Assembly: GCF_021287135.1 (NCBI RefSeq) | Contig: NZ_JAJTBB010000070.1 | Location: 4,990-68,989, forward strand | Length of the DNA: 64,000 nucleotides | Source: Acidovorax sp. | Lineage (GTDB): Bacteria; Pseudomonadota; Gammaproteobacteria; Burkholderiales; Burkholderiaceae_C | Direction: 5' to 3' | Part shown: one piece after another, positions 60,057 to 64,000 of the stretch | How positions within the stretch are numbered: position 1 is the stretch's first letter | How the letters are laid out: every line of letters begins with the position of its first letter | Translations under genes and position numbers: made by a program | Notes under the pieces: generated by a model | The model's input: the letters and a program-made list of their open reading frames with translations, nothing else | The model's database searches: none | Told to the model about the DNA's origin: nothing

Positions 60057-61115
60057 ATGTATCCCAAGAATGCCTGGTACGTAGCGTGCCTGCCCCATGA
60101 GATCAGCGACAAGCCGCTGGGCCGCACCGTCTGCGGCGAAAAGATCGTGTTCTACCGCCCCGCGCCCGACCAGGTCGCCGCGCTGGAAGACTTCTGCCCC
60201 CACCGCGGCGCGCCGCTGTCGCTGGGCCGCGTGTGCGGCGGCGAGCTGATGTGCGGCTACCACGGCCTGAAGGTGGGCTGCGACGGCAAGTCGGTCTCCA
60301 TGCCCGGCCAGCGCGTGCAGGGCTTTCCGCGGGCGCGCAGCTTTCCGGTGGTGGAGCGCTACGGCTTCATCTGGGTGTGGCCCGGCGATGCCGACCAGAC
60401 CGACCCAGCCACCATCCACCACCTGCCCTGGGCAGACAACCCCGAGTGGGCCTATGGCGGCGGGCTGTACCACATCGCCTGCGACTACCGGCTGATGATC
60501 GACAACCTGATGGACCTGACGCACGAGACCTATGTGCACTCCACCAGCATCGGCCAGAAGGAAATCGACGAGGTGCCCTGCAAGACCCGTGTGGAGGGCG
60601 ATGAGGTCATCACCAGCCGCTTCATGGACAACATCCAGCCGCCGCCCTTCTGGAAGATGGCGCTGCGCATGAACGGCCTGCCCGACGACCAGCCCGTGGA
60701 CCGCTGGCAGATCTGCCACTTCACGCCCCCCAGCCATGTGCTGATCGAGGTGGGCGTGGCGCTGGCGGGCCACGGCGGCTACGACGCGCCGGCGGACAAG
60801 AAGGCGTCGAGCATCGTGGTGGACTTCATCACGCCCGAGACGGAAACCTCCATCCACTACTTCTGGGGCATGGCGCGCAACTTCAAGCCGCAGGACCCGT
60901 CGCTCACCACGCAGATCCGCGAAGGCCAGGGCAAGATCTTTGCCGAAGACCAGGACATGCTGGAGCAGCAGCAAGAGAACCTGCTGCGCTACCCAGACCG
61001 CAAGCTGCTCATGCTGAACATCGACGCAGGCGGCGTGCAGTCGCGCAAGATCCTGGACCGCATCATCGCGGCCGAGCAGGCCGCCAAGGCCACCGCTGCA
61101 GGACAACCCGCATGA
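60057..61115 (+). CDS. vanA: vanillate O-demethylase oxygenase subunit (Rieske non-heme iron)
   Basis: MYPKNAWYVACLPHEI. Rieske motif CPHRGAPLS...CGYHG. Fe motif NLMDLTHETYVH. 352 aa. Confidence 0.9.
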   Translation: MYPKNAWYVACLPHEISDKPLGRTVCGEKIVFYRPAPDQVAALEDFCPHRGAPLSLGRVCGGELMCGYHGLKVGCDGKSVSMPGQRVQGFPRARSFPVVERYGFIWVWPGDADQTDPATIHHLPWADNPEWAYGGGLYHIACDYRLMIDNLMDLTHETYVHSTSIGQKEIDEVPCKTRVEGDEVITSRFMDNIQPPPFWKMALRMNGLPDDQPVDRWQICHFTPPSHVLIEVGVALAGHGGYDAPADKKASSIVVDFITPETETSIHYFWGMARNFKPQDPSLTTQIREGQGKIFAEDQDMLEQQQENLLRYPDRKLLMLNIDAGGVQSRKILDRIIAAEQAAKATAAGQPA

Positions 61116-62080
61116 CCGCGCAGGAGACCTTGCAGGTCCGCGTCGTCCAGAAGCGCACCGAGGCCGAGGGCATCGCCAGCTTCGAGCTGGCGCGGGTGGA
61201 CGGCGCGCCGCTGCCCCCGTTCAGCGCCGGCTCGCACATCGACGTGCACCTGCCCGGCGGGCTGACGCGGCAGTACTCGCTGTGCAACGCCTCGCACGAG
61301 TCGCACCGCTACCGCATCGCCGTGCTGCGCGACGCGGCCTCGCGCGGCGGTTCGGTGGCCATGCACGACAGCGTGCACGAGGGCGACCTGATCACCATCA
61401 GCACGCCGCGCAACCACTTTGCGCTGCACCCGGCCGAGCGCACCTTGCTGCTGGCGGGCGGCATTGGCGTCACGCCGCTCTTGTGCATGGCCGACCGCCT
61501 GGCGCGCACCGGCGCCCCGTTCGCGCTGCACTACTGCACGCGCTCGGCCGAGCGCACAGCGTTTGTGGAGGAGATCCGTGCGTCGTCCAGCATGGCGCCG
61601 CACGTGCACTTCCACCATGACGCGGGCGCGCCGGAGCAGAAGCTGGACCTGCCCGCCGTGCTAGCGCAGCCCGGCCCCGACGCGCGTCTGTACGTGTGCG
61701 GCCCGGCAGGCTTCATCGACTACGTGGTGAACACCGCCAAAGGCCTGGGCTGGCCGCAGGACCGCATTCACCTGGAGTACTTTGGAGCCCCGGCGCAGGA
61801 CACCTCGGGCGACCAGGGCTTTGAGGTGCGCATTGCCAGCACCGGCAAGACCTACGCCATTGCGCCCGATGTGTCGGTGGTGGAAGCGCTGCGCAAGGAG
61901 GGCATCGACATCCTGACCTCGTGCGAGCAAGGCGTGTGCGGCACCTGCATCACCCGCGTGCTGGAGGGCGAGGTGGACCATCGCGACATGTACCTGACGG
62001 ACGAGGAAAAGGCCGCCAACGAGCAGTTCATGCCCTGCTGCTCACGGGCGCGCAGCAAGCTGCTGGTGCTGGACCTGTAG
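61112..62080 (+). CDS. vanB: vanillate O-demethylase ferredoxin-reductase subunit
   Basis: FMN/NAD domain (RQYSLCN, LLAGGIGVTPL) plus plant-type 2Fe-2S motif CEQGVCGTCITRV. ATGA overlap with vanA. Confidence 0.9.
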   Translation: MTAQETLQVRVVQKRTEAEGIASFELARVDGAPLPPFSAGSHIDVHLPGGLTRQYSLCNASHESHRYRIAVLRDAASRGGSVAMHDSVHEGDLITISTPRNHFALHPAERTLLLAGGIGVTPLLCMADRLARTGAPFALHYCTRSAERTAFVEEIRASSSMAPHVHFHHDAGAPEQKLDLPAVLAQPGPDARLYVCGPAGFIDYVVNTAKGLGWPQDRIHLEYFGAPAQDTSGDQGFEVRIASTGKTYAIAPDVSVVEALRKEGIDILTSCEQGVCGTCITRVLEGEVDHRDMYLTDEEKAANEQFMPCCSRARSKLLVLDL

Positions 62081-62095
62081 GCGTTCGCAACAAGA

Positions 62096-62146
62096 AAAAG
62101 CCGCTGCAACGAGGGCGCTGCAACGAGGGCGCTGCAGCGGCTTTTC
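62096..62146 (+). terminator. rho-independent terminator downstream of vanB
   Basis: AAAAGCCGCTGCA...TGCAGCGGCTTTT followed by ct. The loop holds a tandem duplication of gcgctgcaacgaggg. Confidence 0.7.
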
Positions 62147-62195
62147 TATGACTTTGAGACCCGTGCGGGCTGCGCTTGTCGCAGCCCTGCGCAGC

Positions 62196-62220
62196 GCTTC
62201 GACAAGCTCAGCGTGAACGG
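62196..62220 (+). repeat. family B repeat, single copy
   Basis: gcttcgacaagctcagcgtgaacgg. Confidence 0.7.
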
Positions 62221-62244
62221 ATGCAAGGTATTTGCTTCAACCAA

Positions 62245-62311
62245 AAAACTATCAAATTGATAGCTGCTAGCGCTTATCCATCAAGCACTGGAGGCCAATT
62301 TCATCAAAAAC
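62245..62311 (+). repeat. family A hairpin repeat, copy 7
   Basis: aaaaactatcaaattgatagctgCTAGCGCTTatccatcAAGCACTGGaggccaatttcatcaaaaac. The loop is inverted relative to copies 2, 3, 5 and 6. Confidence 0.8.
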
Positions 62312-62315
62312 TCAC

Positions 62316-62669
62316 TCACTCACCCGCATCCGCGGCGCGGATGGTGTCGCGGCCGTTGCGGTCCTTGGCGCGGCCCAGGTCGGCGTCCAGGGCGCGGGCG
62401 AGCTTGTCCACGGCGGCGATGAAGGCATTGGCCATCTTGTCGGCCTCGCCCGTCACGGTGGTCGGCTGGCGGCCCGTGACGCGCGCTTCGATGCGGCAGC
62501 GCTTGTCGTTGGCACCGGACTTGCCGGCGTCCAGGTCGGTCAGGAACACTTCCAGCCGCGTGACGTGGTCCTGGAAGCGCGCCAGGCGGCTCTTGGCCTC
62601 GTCGGTGATCCACTGCGCGAGGGACTCCCCGCCCTGGATGTGGTCGTCGGTGTTCACTTGTACTTGCAT
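62316..62669 (-). CDS. HPF/RaiA-family ribosome-associated protein
   Basis: ORF trimmed to Met21 (MQVQVNTDDHIQGGESLAQWITDEAKSRLARFQDHVTRLEVFLTD). AAGGAG RBS. 117 aa. Confidence 0.65.
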   Translation of the reverse strand: MQVQVNTDDHIQGGESLAQWITDEAKSRLARFQDHVTRLEVFLTDLDAGKSGANDKRCRIEARVTGRQPTTVTGEADKMANAFIAAVDKLARALDADLGRAKDRNGRDTIRAADAGE

Positions 62670-62776
62670 GGTGGCTCCTTGTGAGTTGTCAAAACGGTGT
62701 GTGGGTTCAGCCCACCGCCATGATGGCACTGTGAAACATGACCTCGGTCAACACATGTCAAAGGATGTTCACTCAC

Positions 62777-64000
62777 TCACAGCTTGTCGAGGGCGACGGC
62801 CGGCGTCCAGGGGGCATCCGGGGGCAGCGTGCGGGCGGCAAGCAGCCGCTCCTGCAGTCGCGTGGCGGCCGCGTCGCCGGGCAGGCGCTCCAGCACACGG
62901 TCCAGCAGTGGCGCTGCCGCGTCCCAGTCGCGGGCCTGGAAGGCCGCCAGGGCGGCCCAGCTGGCCTCGCGCACTTCGGCGTCGCCGCACGGGGTGAACA
63001 CCCGCACCGGCTCGGTCTTGCCCTTGACGATCACGTCGTCCAGCGCCCGCAGCCCGGCGGCCTGCTCCGGCGGCAGCAGCGCGGCCGTGGCGCCCGACAG
63101 CAGGATGCCCGTGCCAAAGGCCTTGTTGGCCCCCTCCAGCCGGGCGGCCAGGTTGACTGCATCGCCAATGGCGGTGTACGAAAAGCGCTGCTCCGAGCCC
63201 ACGTTCCCCACCACCACCCGGCCGCTGTGCAGGCCGATGCGCATGTGGATGGGCGGCAGCCCGCGCGCACGCAGGTCGGTCACCAGCGGCTGCATGGCCT
63301 CCTGCATGGCCAGCGCCGCCTCCAGCGCGTGGGCGGCGTGCTGCGGGTCGGACAGCGGCGCGCCCCAGAACGCCATCACCGCGTCGCCGATGAACTTGTC
63401 CACGGTGCCGCCCGTGGCATGCACGATGGGCGTCATCGCGTTGAAATAGCCGGTGAGCACCTCCACCGTCTGTTCGGCGCTGAGCTGCTCGGACAGGGTG
63501 GTGAAGTTGGCCAGGTCGGTAAACATCACGGTCACCTCGCGCGCCTCGCCGCCCAGGCGCATCAGCTCGGGCTGCGCAATCAGGCGCGAGACCACGGCGG
63601 GCGGCACGTACTGCGCAAACATGGCCCGTGTCTGGCGCGCGCGCTGGCGCATGGTGGCGTAGCCCACCAGCGCCGCCGCGCCGTAGATGGCGATGGCGGC
63701 AGCAGCCGGCAGCAGCGGCGGCCACCACAGGCGCAGCTGCGCCACCAGCAGCCACGAGGCCGCGCCGATGGCCGCGACCACCGCCGCCGCCAGCGCGGCC
63801 GCGCCCGCGGGGTGCAGCCGGCGGTTGCTCCACAGCAGCAGGGGCAGCAGCAGCGCCGTGAGGGCCAGCGTCCAGCCCTCGGACACGCTGCGCAGCCCGC
63901 CGCCGCGCAGGTAGTTGTCCACCAGCGTGGCCTGCAGCTCCACCCCCGGGAACAGGCGCTCGCCCCCCACGGTGCCGAACGGCGAATTGAACAAGTCGGC
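62777..64000 (-). CDS. CHASE2-domain adenylate/guanylate cyclase (N-terminus beyond window)
   Basis: TM region, then class III cyclase motifs VTVMFTDLANFTTLSE, KFIGDAVMAFWGAP and YTAIGDAVNLAARLEG. The reading frame is open to the window edge. Confidence 0.85.
   Translation of the reverse strand, partial: ADLFNSPFGTVGGERLFPGVELQATLVDNYLRGGGLRSVSEGWTLALTALLLPLLLWSNRRLHPAGAAALAAAVVAAIGAASWLLVAQLRLWWPPLLPAAAAIAIYGAAALVGYATMRQRARQTRAMFAQYVPPAVVSRLIAQPELMRLGGEAREVTVMFTDLANFTTLSEQLSAEQTVEVLTGYFNAMTPIVHATGGTVDKFIGDAVMAFWGAPLSDPQHAAHALEAALAMQEAMQPLVTDLRARGLPPIHMRIGLHSGRVVVGNVGSEQRFSYTAIGDAVNLAARLEGANKAFGTGILLSGATAALLPPEQAAGLRALDDVIVKGKTEPVRVFTPCGDAEVREASWAALAAFQARDWDAAAPLLDRVLERLPGDAAATRLQERLLAARTLPPDAPWTPAVALDKL

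Overview
High-GC chromosomal segment (roughly two-thirds G+C by eye) with Burkholderiales/Comamonadaceae hallmarks: a Bug-family receptor, an IPTL-CTERM sorting tag, and TRAP and ABC transporters. After trimming GC-driven ORF extensions and antisense shadow ORFs I resolve about 60 protein genes. I found no rRNA, tRNA, CRISPR array, transposase or integrase. Left to right: mtnN (partial), fadD, a pntAA-lipoprotein-pntAB-pntB transhydrogenase operon and fba. Then come an OmpR/HK pair divergent from two PAP2 phosphatases, pyk, a CPBP protease, pepP, an AdoMetDC-like::MurU-like fusion gene and an AraC regulator. Next is a block of Kelch/FN3/IPTL-CTERM surface protein, hemerythrin-like protein and PA14-GH18, followed by tkt-gap, mscS and DUF4398/OmpA lipoproteins. 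The last ~33 kb holds an aromatic funnel with three routes. One is a TetR-linked TRAP, shikimate dehydrogenase and split dehydroshikimate dehydratase operon. The second is a full protocatechuate 4,5-cleavage (lig/pmd-type) operon with a LysR regulator. The third is an ABC+Bug transporter operon plus vanR-vanAB. Interspersed are acuI/thioesterase/MFS, an ECF sigma factor, a FlxA-like gene and an orphan ClpP-like gene. The window ends with an HPF/RaiA-like gene and a partial CHASE2-cyclase. The most unusual observations are as follows. (1) A pyruvoyl-type AdoMet-decarboxylase domain and a MurU-like nucleotidyltransferase lie in one ORF. (2) A seven-copy ~60-bp hairpin repeat family shows compensatory stem changes and flip/flop loops, and one copy is translated in frame inside that fusion gene. 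(3) LigA and LigB are fused in a single chain, and a leaderless ModA-fold protein sits where an OMA tautomerase would be expected. (4) An identical 12-nt GntR-type motif lies upstream of both vanA and an ABC binding-protein gene. (5) A lipoprotein gene is translationally coupled inside the pnt operon. All functional calls rest on my own motif and family recognition; no database search was run.
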